From: a bacterium
GTDB taxonomy: Bacteria > UBA8248
DNA length: 64,000 nucleotides
Assembly: GCA_965221165.1 (NCBI GenBank)
Contig: CBDCRP010000002.1
Coordinates: 384,001-448,000, forward strand
Reading direction: 5' to 3'
Under the pieces are notes generated by a model, which worked only from the letters and a program-made list of their open reading frames with translations, had not been told where the DNA came from and did not search any database. The translations under genes were made by a program, and so were the position numbers. How positions within the stretch are numbered: the stretch's first letter is position 1; every line of letters begins with the position of its first letter. This document shows, in pieces, positions 48,614 to 58,330 of this stretch.

Positions 48614-49639
48614 TCATATTTCCCGATATTCCGTGGCGACGGCGAACCCCTTGTTTCCCACCTCGAACGGCCCGCTGCACCTGCTGAAGAAAAGCACGCC
48701 ATCGGCAGGGCTACGCAACTCCTCCACTACTTCCAGGCTGAAAGGGTCCAGCATCTCGCCCAATAATTCTCCTTCGCTCACCTTGGCGCCCAGATCGGAG
48801 AAGTGTGTTTTTCGCGAGATGAGATATCCTCCATTCGATGGATTCGCCTCGGCGCGATGGGCGAAATCGAAATAAGTGATTCTCTCTCTCTTTTCTTCTC
48901 CCGCCATCATCCCGAGATGAACCAGGAGGTTCAAAAAGCCTTGCTCCAGGTCGCCGCGATAGAGATTCTCCTCGCATTCGGGCAGGTAAGCGCCGCCAAT
49001 TTCCACGCTGATTGCGGGTATCTTCTGCGTGAGCGCATAGCCCGAAGCGCTCGATTTACTGAAAGGCACGCCATGAACCAGCGCAGCACCCCCGCTGGCG
49101 AAAGCGATCGCCATCTCCCGCGATTTTTCGCCGAGCGGACCTTCGACGTTCGGGTCCATATCGACGCGCCTTTGAATTCTCCCCGCCGTCCCGCCGGAAT
49201 GAAATTCCACGAGATAATCCGCATTCTCAATCAGGATTTCACGAATCTTGTACGCATAGCGCTGCGTCAGCGTCCCTTTGGCGGAACCCGGAAAAGCGCC
49301 CCAAAGATTCGTCTGCTCGTGCTGATCCGGGGATTGGCGCGAGAAATTCGCGAACGCGAACGGATTCGCCACCGGAACGAGAAGCAACGCGCCGCTGAAA
49401 TCCCGCCGATCGATTTGGGCCAGAACGTTCTGAAACGCGCGAATCGGCTGCGGCTCATCCCCGTGGACGCACGCCAGAACGGAAAGGGTGGGCCCTGGCT
49501 TCTCCCCTCTCAAACAATGAAGGGGCAACCCCGTATCGGAGCCGGTGAGCATGTGCGCCACGGGGATTTTGACGTATTCATACGCTCCCGGCGCCACCTC
49601 CGTGCCTCCGACTTCCCATGAATCTCGGCTCACTCTCAA
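48614..49639 (-). CDS. Succinylglutamate desuccinylase/aspartoacylase (M14) family
   Basis: VHGDE, PVANP, FHSGG, VEIGG, C-terminal SPADG domain. Confidence 0.85.
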   Translation of the reverse strand: MRVSRDSWEVGGTEVAPGAYEYVKIPVAHMLTGSDTGLPLHCLRGEKPGPTLSVLACVHGDEPQPIRAFQNVLAQIDRRDFSGALLLVPVANPFAFANFSRQSPDQHEQTNLWGAFPGSAKGTLTQRYAYKIREILIENADYLVEFHSGGTAGRIQRRVDMDPNVEGPLGEKSREMAIAFASGGAALVHGVPFSKSSASGYALTQKIPAISVEIGGAYLPECEENLYRGDLEQGFLNLLVHLGMMAGEEKRERITYFDFAHRAEANPSNGGYLISRKTHFSDLGAKVSEGELLGEMLDPFSLEVVEELRSPADGVLFFSRCSGPFEVGNKGFAVATEYREI

Positions 49640-50637
49640 TGTCCCCTAATATCGGAAACCTCGACCACGCGCCCGCTCTTGGCACTCTTGACAATAGACT
49701 CCAGAACGGCCACGACTTCCCTCGCGGCCTTGCCGTCCGTCTCGGGCGTGGCCGCACCCCGAATACATTTTCCAAATTCCTGTATTTCTTCTGCGAGCGC
49801 ATCGCCTCCGTCCACGGACAACTCGCTCCTTTGGTTTTCATCCTTTTTCTGGAGAAACAGCCGCTCCCCCTCGTCTTCGCTCCATGCGGACGCCTCCGTG
49901 CCATGGGCCGACGTCGTGCATTGCTTGGGCGTAACGTAACAGGTGGTGATATACCCGAGCGGGCCGCTCTCATATTCGAGAACGATGTTCGTCACGTCAT
50001 CGAGATGGCCCGCGGCGAACAGTTGCTTGCTGAATGCGCTCACCCGCTTCACCGGGCCGGCCAGGTATTGGAGATTGTCCACCATGTGCACGCCCAGCCC
50101 CGTCATTCCCCCCGCCGGGCATTCCGCCGGGTCATTTCTCCAGCCGCTTCTGGGGTTCTGGCCGTTGGGATTGGAAAGGTTCGCCTCCAGAACGTGGATC
50201 ATCCCCAGTGCGCTCTCTTCTATCATCGCCTTTATTTTACGGTTCGCTCCCTGCCGCCTTCTGTGGTGTCCCACCAGGAGCGTAACGCCTGCTTTTTCGG
50301 TTGCGTCGATACACTTGTCCGCATCGGCCACCGTCAAGGTGAGCGGCTTTTCGACGAACACGTGTTTCCCTGCGGATGCGGCTTGGGCAATCAAATCCGT
50401 ATGCGTGGAATGGGGCGTAGCGATGAGGATTCCCTCCACCTCGCTGTCTTTCAAGACTTCTTCAAAAGACGCCGCCGGGCGGCACCCGAATTTCTCAGCG
50501 AATTCCCCGCGCGCCGATTCGGTTCTCGTGAAACACCGAACGATTTCCACGTTCCCCGCTCTTTTCGCGGCATTCGCCAGCATGGATCCCCAGTTGGCCA
50601 AGCCGATGGACGCCAATCGAACTTTCTCACCCGCCAT
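49636..50637 (-). CDS. Gfo/Idh/MocA oxidoreductase
   Basis: IATPHSTH, GKHVFVEKP, VGHHRR, GVHMVD. Confidence 0.9.
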   Translation of the reverse strand: MAGEKVRLASIGLANWGSMLANAAKRAGNVEIVRCFTRTESARGEFAEKFGCRPAASFEEVLKDSEVEGILIATPHSTHTDLIAQAASAGKHVFVEKPLTLTVADADKCIDATEKAGVTLLVGHHRRRQGANRKIKAMIEESALGMIHVLEANLSNPNGQNPRSGWRNDPAECPAGGMTGLGVHMVDNLQYLAGPVKRVSAFSKQLFAAGHLDDVTNIVLEYESGPLGYITTCYVTPKQCTTSAHGTEASAWSEDEGERLFLQKKDENQRSELSVDGGDALAEEIQEFGKCIRGAATPETDGKAAREVVAVLESIVKSAKSGRVVEVSDIRGH

Positions 50638-50890
50638 AACAACCTCCAGTAAGTTTGATGTATGACATTAAAAATTCATCGCCCGCGCTGTCATCTTCAT
50701 CATGAAAACGCCGAGGGTTCCCCGTCATTTTTATCGCGACATAAATTGTCATACGCGCCGGGAAAGGGTAACATTCGCCCCTTAGGTTCAACAAACCTGA
50801 TAACAAAATTTTTTGATTCTCGGCGACGCAATGCCGTAATTCACCCAAAACCCATGTAGGGATAATTTTGTCAACAAAGGAGTTTGCTGG

Positions 50891-51718
50891 ATGCCATTTC
50901 ATCGTTTCGAAGAAATAGAGAAAAAAGCTGTTACGCCCCATCTCTCCTCGGGACAGGGCGCCATTATCGAGGGGGAATACATGTATTTCTGCCAGGTCAG
51001 CAAGGTGGCCGGCACGGGTTCCCAGATACATTATCATCCCAACGAACTCATGATTTTCCCCATCAAAGGAAAAATCAACGCCCTCGTCGGGAAGGACAGG
51101 CGAGTCGTCTCTCCGGGCACCTTCGTTCACGTGCCCGCTTATGCGCAGCATCAGATGATCGCCACCGAAGACGGCGACATGGATTACCTCTACGTGAAGG
51201 ATCGCTCCTGGACGGTGGTGGGCCTGGATCGAGACCAGGTGGTTCCGGACAAGGCGCCCACCGTCGAGGAGATCAACGAACAATACGAAGAAGGCACCGC
51301 CGACGACGTCGAAAGAGACGTCGAAAAGGCGCAAATCATCGTCGAGGGCCTGAAGAACTCCTATTATCCGCTTATCCCCTCCATCGACGCCCCTGAATGC
51401 TCGGGACGTCATACCGTGTGGATCGAAGGCGAACGCCTGGCATTCGGGTATGGAGAAATACCCGCAGGGTTCGAGGATGCGACCACCGAGAACGTGCACG
51501 AGCAATTCGTCTACGTCATCAAGGGAAAAATCGACGCCCAGGTGGACGACGACCAACAGCAGGAGGGTCCCGGCTCCATCATCCACATCCCCAAGGGATC
51601 GAAGCGAAACCTATCCACCCAGAGCGGCCAGCACGCGCGCTACGCATCCGTGCGGGCCATGCCGAGGCTCGAGGAGATGTTGGGAGAAAAAGCGGCGGCC
51701 ACGGCGGCGCAAGGCTAA
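50891..51718 (+). CDS. Bicupin protein
   Basis: IHYHPNE...VHVPAYAQH in domain 1; degenerate second cupin (HEQFVYVIKG...IHIPKG). Confidence 0.82.
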   Translation: MPFHRFEEIEKKAVTPHLSSGQGAIIEGEYMYFCQVSKVAGTGSQIHYHPNELMIFPIKGKINALVGKDRRVVSPGTFVHVPAYAQHQMIATEDGDMDYLYVKDRSWTVVGLDRDQVVPDKAPTVEEINEQYEEGTADDVERDVEKAQIIVEGLKNSYYPLIPSIDAPECSGRHTVWIEGERLAFGYGEIPAGFEDATTENVHEQFVYVIKGKIDAQVDDDQQQEGPGSIIHIPKGSKRNLSTQSGQHARYASVRAMPRLEEMLGEKAAATAAQG

Positions 51719-51735
51719 AGCGGGGCGAATCGCGC

Positions 51736-52134
51736 ATGGCGAAACACCTGGTGTGCAAAATATCGGACTTGCCCCCTGGCGCGCGGAAGATAGTCGAGGT
51801 CGAGGGCCGCTCCATCGGCGTGTTCAACATCAAGAATTCCCTGTACGCGGTGAGAAACTCCTGCCCGCACCAGGGCGCGCCGCTTTGCCTGGGAAAGGTC
51901 AAGGGCACCATGAAGTCGTCCAAACCGCATACTTATGATTATGTGATGGACGAGCAGGTTCTCGTGTGTCCCTGGCATTGCTGGGAGTTCGACATCACGA
52001 ACGGGCGTTCGGTCTTCAACCCCCACAGGATGCGCGTCAAGACGTATGAGGTCACGCTCGAGGCGGAAGAAGACCCCTCCATCGAAACGTATGAGGTTAC
52101 GCTCGAAAAAGACCTGGTGATGCTGCACGTGTAA
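51736..52134 (+). CDS. Rieske [2Fe-2S] ferredoxin
   Basis: CPHQG...CPWH; ATG 51736. Confidence 0.9.
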   Translation: MAKHLVCKISDLPPGARKIVEVEGRSIGVFNIKNSLYAVRNSCPHQGAPLCLGKVKGTMKSSKPHTYDYVMDEQVLVCPWHCWEFDITNGRSVFNPHRMRVKTYEVTLEAEEDPSIETYEVTLEKDLVMLHV

Positions 52135-52162
52135 TTCCGCTTCACAGGAGCCAACAGTACAA

Positions 52163-53260
52163 ATGAGAAAAATAGAAAAAATAGAACTCTTCCCCGTCGC
52201 CATTCCTCTGAACCATCCCTACAAGAGCGCTACGCGCATGGCGACGCACTCTGAGGACATCGTCGTAAAAATCACCTGCGACGGCGTTTCCGGCTGGGGA
52301 GGGGCGCCGCTTCGTTCTTTTCCGACCGGGGAGACCTTAAAGAGCGCATATCAGATTCTCGATGAATATCTGGTTCCCGCCATCGCCGATTGCAATCCCT
52401 TCGACAGGGAACTCATCGTCCACAAGATGGACAAGGCCATGCCCTTCCACTACTCGCCAAAAGCGGCCATCGATTGCGCCGTGCACGATCTTCTGGGGCG
52501 TATGCTGGGTTGTCCGGTCTACGACCTGCTCGGTGGAAAAATCAGGGACGAGATGCCCGCCTTCGACATCCTGCCCTTGGAATCACCCGAAAGAACCGCA
52601 GAACTCGCGGCGGAATCCATGGCTTTGGGGATAACGTCGTTCAAGGTGAAGATGAACCGCGACACGAAGACGAGCATCGCGCGCGTGGCGGCGGCCAGAG
52701 AGGCGGCCGGGGATGAGGCGCACATCGTCGTCGACGCGAACATGAGCTGGACGCCCAAGCTCGCCGTGCAGATGTGCGCGCGCATCGAGGAGTTCGGAAT
52801 CACGATGCTTGAGCAGCCCGTGCCCGGCAACGACCTCGACGGACTGGAATTCGTCACCAGGAACACGCGTATCCCTATCTGTGCGGACGAGTCGTTCCGG
52901 CCCGATTATTTGGCTGAAATCGCCCGCAGGCGTGCTGCCGACATCGTGAATCTGAAGGTGAACCGCGAAGGCGGGCTGCTTCACGCGAAAAAAGCCGCCG
53001 CCCTCATCGAGATTCACGGCATCGAGGGCATTTGCGGCAGTGTGATTCACAGCGCGCTGAACGACGCCGCCTGTGCGCACCTTTTCGCCTCCACGCCCGC
53101 AATCGTCTACAACGAGTCCGGCAAGGCCCCCGCCTGGCATGATGAGGACATCGTCTCCGGCTTCGAGGCGGAAGGCGGGGTCGTCAAGGTTCCCGAAGGT
53201 CCGGGTCTGGGGGTGGAAGTGAACGAGGAGGCGGTGCAAAAATTCCGCCTCGATCTTTAA
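52163..53260 (+). CDS. Enolase superfamily, muconate lactonizing enzyme subgroup
   Basis: KVK, VDAN, EQP, ADES, NLK, PGLG. Confidence 0.9.
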   Translation: MRKIEKIELFPVAIPLNHPYKSATRMATHSEDIVVKITCDGVSGWGGAPLRSFPTGETLKSAYQILDEYLVPAIADCNPFDRELIVHKMDKAMPFHYSPKAAIDCAVHDLLGRMLGCPVYDLLGGKIRDEMPAFDILPLESPERTAELAAESMALGITSFKVKMNRDTKTSIARVAAAREAAGDEAHIVVDANMSWTPKLAVQMCARIEEFGITMLEQPVPGNDLDGLEFVTRNTRIPICADESFRPDYLAEIARRRAADIVNLKVNREGGLLHAKKAAALIEIHGIEGICGSVIHSALNDAACAHLFASTPAIVYNESGKAPAWHDEDIVSGFEAEGGVVKVPEGPGLGVEVNEEAVQKFRLDL

Positions 53261-53333
53261 TACGGGCAGGCTTTCCTGGCCACCTACTGCTTCGAAGCCC
53301 AAGCGAGAACCAATGATCCTCGTTTGCGCCCGA

Positions 53334-54479
53334 CTAGAGCTTGTGGCCGTAGAGTTCCTCGGCGCTCTCGTGGTAGATGCGGCGCCTGAGCTCATCCGAG
53401 ACTTCCTGAAAAACCTGCCGGGGGTTGTCGAAATCCCAATGCGGGTAATCAGACGCGAACAGCAGCGTCTTCTCCGCTTTCGCCATCCTGAGAATCTGGC
53501 GATGATCCTCGTTCGTGGGCGGCTCGGCGATGGGCTGTGTGGTCAGCCGGATGTGGTCGACGATGTATTCGCTCGGAGGACGCTCGAGCCAGGGCACTTC
53601 CGCGCGCAGCGAGCGCCATTCCTGATCGAAGCGCCACATGATGCTCGGCAGCCATGCGTAGCCCATCTCCTGGAAAACGACCTTGAGTTTCGGGAAACGT
53701 ACGAACACGCCCTCGCACACCAGGCTGATGACCTGGGCTTGCGCGATGGTCACCGCGCCGGTGTGCACCTCGATGTAATAGGCGGGAACTCCCGTCGGGT
53801 TCATGGGCGTGTTCACTCCCGCCCCTTCGCCTGCGCCGTGCATTCCGATGGGCAGGCCCATGGCTTCTGCGGCCTCGTAGATGGGATAGTAGTGGCGATT
53901 TCCCATCAGCACGTCCATCTGCGGAATCTGCACCTGAACCACGGCGGGATGAGCGCCGATTCTTTCGATTTCCTTGACGGCGAGCCCGGGGTCGCGCGGG
54001 CCGACGTGGATTGCGAGTTTGAGCCGGGGCTCCGGGTCGCACCATTCATGAAGCAGCCAGTCGTTGTTCGCCGCGATGAACGCGGCAGCCATGTCGGCAT
54101 CCGGCAGCCCCCCGATTCCGAACAGATCGCCGGCGATGAGAATGCCGACGGCGACCCCGTATTTGTCCAGATGGTGGGAGCGCAGCATGTCGAGGTTCGA
54201 ACCCGGTCTCCCGCCGTCTGGCGGCAGGGCGTCGGGACGCTCCGCGCCGTGGGGATGGTAGTACCAGCGCTTTGGGATCGAAAAGACGTTTCTCGCGGTG
54301 GTCGGGTCTTTCGCGGAACTGAGCGGCGCCACGCCCATACGCTTGCGCCATGATTCTGAGAGATACGGATGAAGCTGGTGCATGCCGTTCATGCGCGGAT
54401 GGATGTCCGCATCGATGATTTTGAGTTTCACCTCATCCGCCGCCTCCGGCGCCATCGCTTCAAGTCCGGTCTCGTTCAT
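53334..54479 (-). CDS. Amidohydrolase_2 family protein
   Basis: IDADIH, PIGMH, EGVF.RFPKLKVVFQE.G..W, TTQP, FASDYPHWDFD. Confidence 0.88.
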   Translation of the reverse strand: MNETGLEAMAPEAADEVKLKIIDADIHPRMNGMHQLHPYLSESWRKRMGVAPLSSAKDPTTARNVFSIPKRWYYHPHGAERPDALPPDGGRPGSNLDMLRSHHLDKYGVAVGILIAGDLFGIGGLPDADMAAAFIAANNDWLLHEWCDPEPRLKLAIHVGPRDPGLAVKEIERIGAHPAVVQVQIPQMDVLMGNRHYYPIYEAAEAMGLPIGMHGAGEGAGVNTPMNPTGVPAYYIEVHTGAVTIAQAQVISLVCEGVFVRFPKLKVVFQEMGYAWLPSIMWRFDQEWRSLRAEVPWLERPPSEYIVDHIRLTTQPIAEPPTNEDHRQILRMAKAEKTLLFASDYPHWDFDNPRQVFQEVSDELRRRIYHESAEELYGHKL

Positions 54480-54521
54480 TTCCGACCCCTCAATGTCATG
54501 AACTCAAAGATCCATTCAACT

Positions 54522-55865
54522 CTAGAATTCCGGAAACTCCGCCTTCCAGTCCATCTCATCCTCGAACCACCTCGCCATCGCCAGGAGCTTCTCCTCACCG
54601 CAGCGCATCGCCCCGAACTGGATACCCAGAGGGAGGTTCATGTCCCCGCGGCCAAGAGGCAGGGTGATCGCGGGCTGTCCCGAAAAGGTGAGCGGCTGTA
54701 AAAAGGTCGGTCCCCCGGTGGATTCCTCCCACGGCGGCGGCCCCGCGTCGAAACTCGGCAGCACGAACAAATCGTAGCGCTCCATCAGATCGTCCATTTT
54801 CCGGGTGAAACTCGCCCGAACGCGCATCGCCTTCACGTAATGAACCGAGGGCGTCATATAGCCAATCGTGAAACTCCTGCGCACGAAAGGCGAGAGGTCA
54901 TCCTTGTGCGCCGCGTACAAATCCTCATGGCAGGATGCGAAATCCACGCACCGGACGATGAAATGCGCCGCGTTTATCTCATCCATGCTCAGAGGCAACT
55001 CCACCTCGTGGACGGCGACGCCCTTCGATTCGATTCGGGCTATGGCCCGTTCGGTCCACTCGACGACTTCCTCGCTGGCGAGCGCGAGCAGGTGCTTCAA
55101 ATATGCGATTTTCTCCGGTTTCCGGGGCGTCTGGTTCGCGGCGGGCGGGGGGGACTGCACGGCGCTGTGATCCATCCCATCCGGTCCGGCCGCCACTTCG
55201 AGAATTTTGGCGATATCTTCTACTGTGCGCGCTATGATTCCTGGGTGATCGAAATTCCACGAAACTTCGATGACGCCCGTCCTGGGAATGCGTCCATAGG
55301 TGGGTTTCAGGCCCGGCACGCCGCAATACGCGGCGGGGCGAAGCGTGGAGCCCGTCGTCTGGCTGCCGAATGCGGCGGGAACCATCCCCGCGCCCACGGC
55401 CGCCGCGGAGCCGCTGCTCGACCCGCCCGGACTGCGCTCGATGTTCCAGGGATTGCGGGCGATGGAGGGGTCACCCTGCGCGAAAGGCGTCGTCACCGCC
55501 TTGCCCAGGGCAATCGCGCCCGCACTCCGCAGACGCGCCACGCACACGGCGTCATCAGCAGCCGTCTGTCCTTTGAAAATCTCCGTTCCGGCCTCGAGCT
55601 TGAGACCCCGGATGCCGAAAATATCCTTGGCCGCATAAGGTGCTCCGGCCAGAGGGCCTAACTCCTCTCCATCGCTTCGGGCGTCATCCACCGCCTTCGC
55701 CGCCTCGAGCGCGCCCTCTCTATCCACCTGCACCCAGGCCTTTACCTTATCCTCACACGCGTCGATGCGGGACAACAAAGAACGCACCCACTCCGTCGCG
55801 GTGAGAGCGCCCTCCTCCATCTTGCGCAAGCCATCGTTCAATGAGAGCCGCCAGTGTTCACTCAT
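54522..55865 (-). CDS. Amidase signature family enzyme
   Basis: KDIF, PGGSSSGSAAAV, GSQTTGSTLRPAAYCG, GLKPTYG. Confidence 0.92.
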   Translation of the reverse strand: MSEHWRLSLNDGLRKMEEGALTATEWVRSLLSRIDACEDKVKAWVQVDREGALEAAKAVDDARSDGEELGPLAGAPYAAKDIFGIRGLKLEAGTEIFKGQTAADDAVCVARLRSAGAIALGKAVTTPFAQGDPSIARNPWNIERSPGGSSSGSAAAVGAGMVPAAFGSQTTGSTLRPAAYCGVPGLKPTYGRIPRTGVIEVSWNFDHPGIIARTVEDIAKILEVAAGPDGMDHSAVQSPPPAANQTPRKPEKIAYLKHLLALASEEVVEWTERAIARIESKGVAVHEVELPLSMDEINAAHFIVRCVDFASCHEDLYAAHKDDLSPFVRRSFTIGYMTPSVHYVKAMRVRASFTRKMDDLMERYDLFVLPSFDAGPPPWEESTGGPTFLQPLTFSGQPAITLPLGRGDMNLPLGIQFGAMRCGEEKLLAMARWFEDEMDWKAEFPEF

Positions 55866-56077
55866 TTCGCACCCTCATCGGCCTCGAACTTTTCGAGTAT
55901 GGGGATAAACGGCTCATCGGTGGATTCCACGTGTATATCGGAGAGGATTTGAAGCATCCGAGCACAATCATCCGCCGTCTTGAGACCGAGTTCATCCTGG
56001 GGCACGTTATAGACGGTAGCGGCCATCTCGTTTATCCGCGCAGCTATTTCTTTATGACCCTCTTGCGGTTCTGCCAT
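55862..56077 (-). CDS. Small protein coupled to amidase (GatC/AtzG-like candidate)
   Basis: Strong GGAGGAG RBS, 71 aa, ATGA overlap with the amidase start. Confidence 0.6.
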   Translation of the reverse strand: MAEPQEGHKEIAARINEMAATVYNVPQDELGLKTADDCARMLQILSDIHVESTDEPFIPILEKFEADEGAK

Positions 56078-56197
56078 CTCCTCCCCCTTCTTCACACAAA
56101 TCTCAGACGCTTGCGCCTCGCGTATTGGGCATATCGAATGAAAGGCATCATACTATAAAGGAGCCGCCATGATTAAGGGCGATGAGAGGGAAAACGC

Positions 56198-56650
56198 ATG
56201 AAAATCTGGGTGGATGCGGACGCATGTCCACAAGAGGTCAAAGAGATTCTCTACAAAACGGCCGATCGCCTCGATATCCCCACCGTGCTGGTGGCCAACA
56301 TGAAGCTGAGAACGCCGGATATCCCCTCCGTCTCTACGATTCAGGTCCCCGGCGGGGCGGACGTAGCCGATGAGTACATTATCGATCACTTGAGCGCTGG
56401 CGATTTCGTCATCACCGCGGATGTTCCCTTCGCGGCGAAAGCGGTCGAAAAAGGCGCTTTGGGCATCGACCCGCGAGGTGAGGTCTACACGGAAGAAAAC
56501 GTGGGCGAGCGGCTTTCCTTGAGAAACTTCATGGTGGATATGCGCTCAGGCGGCCTCGTCCAAGGCGGCCCGCCTCCCCTGGCGACCGGAGATCGCCACA
56601 AATTTGCCGCAGCGCTCGACAGGGAGTTGACGAAAAAACGCAACGGCTAG
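56198..56650 (+). CDS. YaiI/YqxD family protein
   Basis: MKIWVDADACP, DVADEYI, VITADVPFA, PRG..YT.EN. Confidence 0.92.
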   Translation: MKIWVDADACPQEVKEILYKTADRLDIPTVLVANMKLRTPDIPSVSTIQVPGGADVADEYIIDHLSAGDFVITADVPFAAKAVEKGALGIDPRGEVYTEENVGERLSLRNFMVDMRSGGLVQGGPPPLATGDRHKFAAALDRELTKKRNG

Positions 56651-57633
56651 GCGTTCACGTCGACGACCACGCGGCCCCTCACCTGCCCTTTCAGGATATC
56701 ACCGCCCAGGCCAGCCAGATCGGAAAGCGTCGCTTCTGTGATCATGGATTCGAGTTTGTCCATGGACATCTGCTCCGCAAGCCGCGCCCATGCTTTCCGG
56801 CGAGGCTCATACGGACACATGGCGGATTCGATACCCAGGAGATTCACGCCCCGAAGGAGAAAGGGAATCACCGTCGTCTCGAGCGCGCTCCCGCCGGCCA
56901 GACCCACCGCCGCCACGGAGCTTCTGTGTTTCATCTGCGTGAGCAGGCGCGCGAGCGTGGTGCCGCCCACCGAATCGATGCATCCCGCCCAGCGCTCGCT
57001 ATCGAGCGGGCGTTTCGTGGGTTCGGCGAGTTCGCTCCGCGCGATGATGTTCGAAGCGCCCAGTGACTCGAGATATCCGTGGGTCTCCTCTCTGCCCGTC
57101 GACGCGGTAACGGAATAACCCTGATTCGCGAGAACGGCCACGGCGACCGAACCCACCCCGCCTGCGGCACCCGTGACCAGTACCTCCCCATCCTCCACGC
57201 TCAGACCATGGTCTTCGAGCGCCTGAACGGAGAGCATGGCCGTGAAGCCAGCCGTGCCGAGCGCCATCGCCTGTCTCGTGGACATATTCTCCGGCAGGTG
57301 AACCAGCCAATCTCCCTTGACGCGCGCTTTTTGGGAATATCCCCCCCAGTGCGCCTCGCCGACACGCCAGCCGGTGAGGATCACCTCATCCCCGGCGCTA
57401 TAATCGGGATGCGCGCTCTCCTCCACCCTGCCCGCGAAATCGATGCCCCCGATGTGGGGATAATTCCGCACCAGCCGTCCAATGCCGCCCAATACCATAC
57501 CGTCTTTGTAGTTGAGCGTTGAATAATCGATCGCGACCGTCACGTCGCCATCCGGCAGGCTCGTCTCGTCGAGTTCCTGAATCGATGAACTGACCTTCCC
57601 GTCCGCTTCCTCTAAAACCAGAGCACGAAACAT
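56647..57633 (-). CDS. acuI: Acryloyl-CoA reductase (YhdH/AcuI, MDR family)
   Basis: YSTLNYKD, GWRVGEAHWGGYSQKARV, GTAGFTAML, TGAAGGVGS, PFLLRGV. Confidence 0.85.
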   Translation of the reverse strand: MFRALVLEEADGKVSSSIQELDETSLPDGDVTVAIDYSTLNYKDGMVLGGIGRLVRNYPHIGGIDFAGRVEESAHPDYSAGDEVILTGWRVGEAHWGGYSQKARVKGDWLVHLPENMSTRQAMALGTAGFTAMLSVQALEDHGLSVEDGEVLVTGAAGGVGSVAVAVLANQGYSVTASTGREETHGYLESLGASNIIARSELAEPTKRPLDSERWAGCIDSVGGTTLARLLTQMKHRSSVAAVGLAGGSALETTVIPFLLRGVNLLGIESAMCPYEPRRKAWARLAEQMSMDKLESMITEATLSDLAGLGGDILKGQVRGRVVVDVNA

Positions 57634-57652
57634 AACGCATCTCTCCATATGG

Positions 57653-58138
57653 TTAGCTTTGTTCGATTGCCTCTTTGAGCTGGCCGAGCGTCGCCTCCGC
57701 GAACGCCCACATGTTCGCCTCTCTGTCCGCACTGCCCGTCTCCAGCGTCATCACTTTATCCACCGGGCCGGAAACGGCCATGCACGAATGCCCCGGCGCA
57801 TCTCCGTATCTGTTGCCCGAAGGGCCTGCGGCCCCGGTTTCGGATACGCCCCACGTCGACCCCAGCCTGTCCTTGATCGCCCCGGCCAGCTTCGCCGCGT
57901 AGGGCTCCGTGCTCGGCCGCATTCCCTCGAAGGCGTCCTCTGGCAGCCCGAGCAGAATGCTCCTCGAATCATAGGTGTAGAGCACGCCGCCGCCCATGTA
58001 GTAGGCCGAAGCCCCCGGAACGGCGAGAAGAGCAGCCGACACCAGACCACCGGCGGATGTTTCCGAAACGGCGACCGTTTGCCCCTTTTCCTTCAATAAT
58101 TGCCCGATTTCACCGGCCATCCGCGTGAGCAAATCCAT
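57653..58138 (-). CDS. CinA C-terminal domain family protein
   Basis: VAVSETSAGG, PGAS.Y, SETGAAGP. Confidence 0.87.
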   Translation of the reverse strand: MDLLTRMAGEIGQLLKEKGQTVAVSETSAGGLVSAALLAVPGASAYYMGGGVLYTYDSRSILLGLPEDAFEGMRPSTEPYAAKLAGAIKDRLGSTWGVSETGAAGPSGNRYGDAPGHSCMAVSGPVDKVMTLETGSADREANMWAFAEATLGQLKEAIEQS

Positions 58139-58330
58139 GAGATTCTCCAGATCGGAAAAATTTGAACTTTGAAGGTGGAACAATGGCATATTCTCGCCCT
58201 AAAATCACCCCGTCCCCGGTGTTGGACGCATGAAACGCCAAGGCGGGGGGACTTGTCTCCCACTCGTGATATACTGCGTTCAACGCACGCTAATCCATCG
58301 GTACGTTCGATTTCGTGGAGGTAACTTCTG

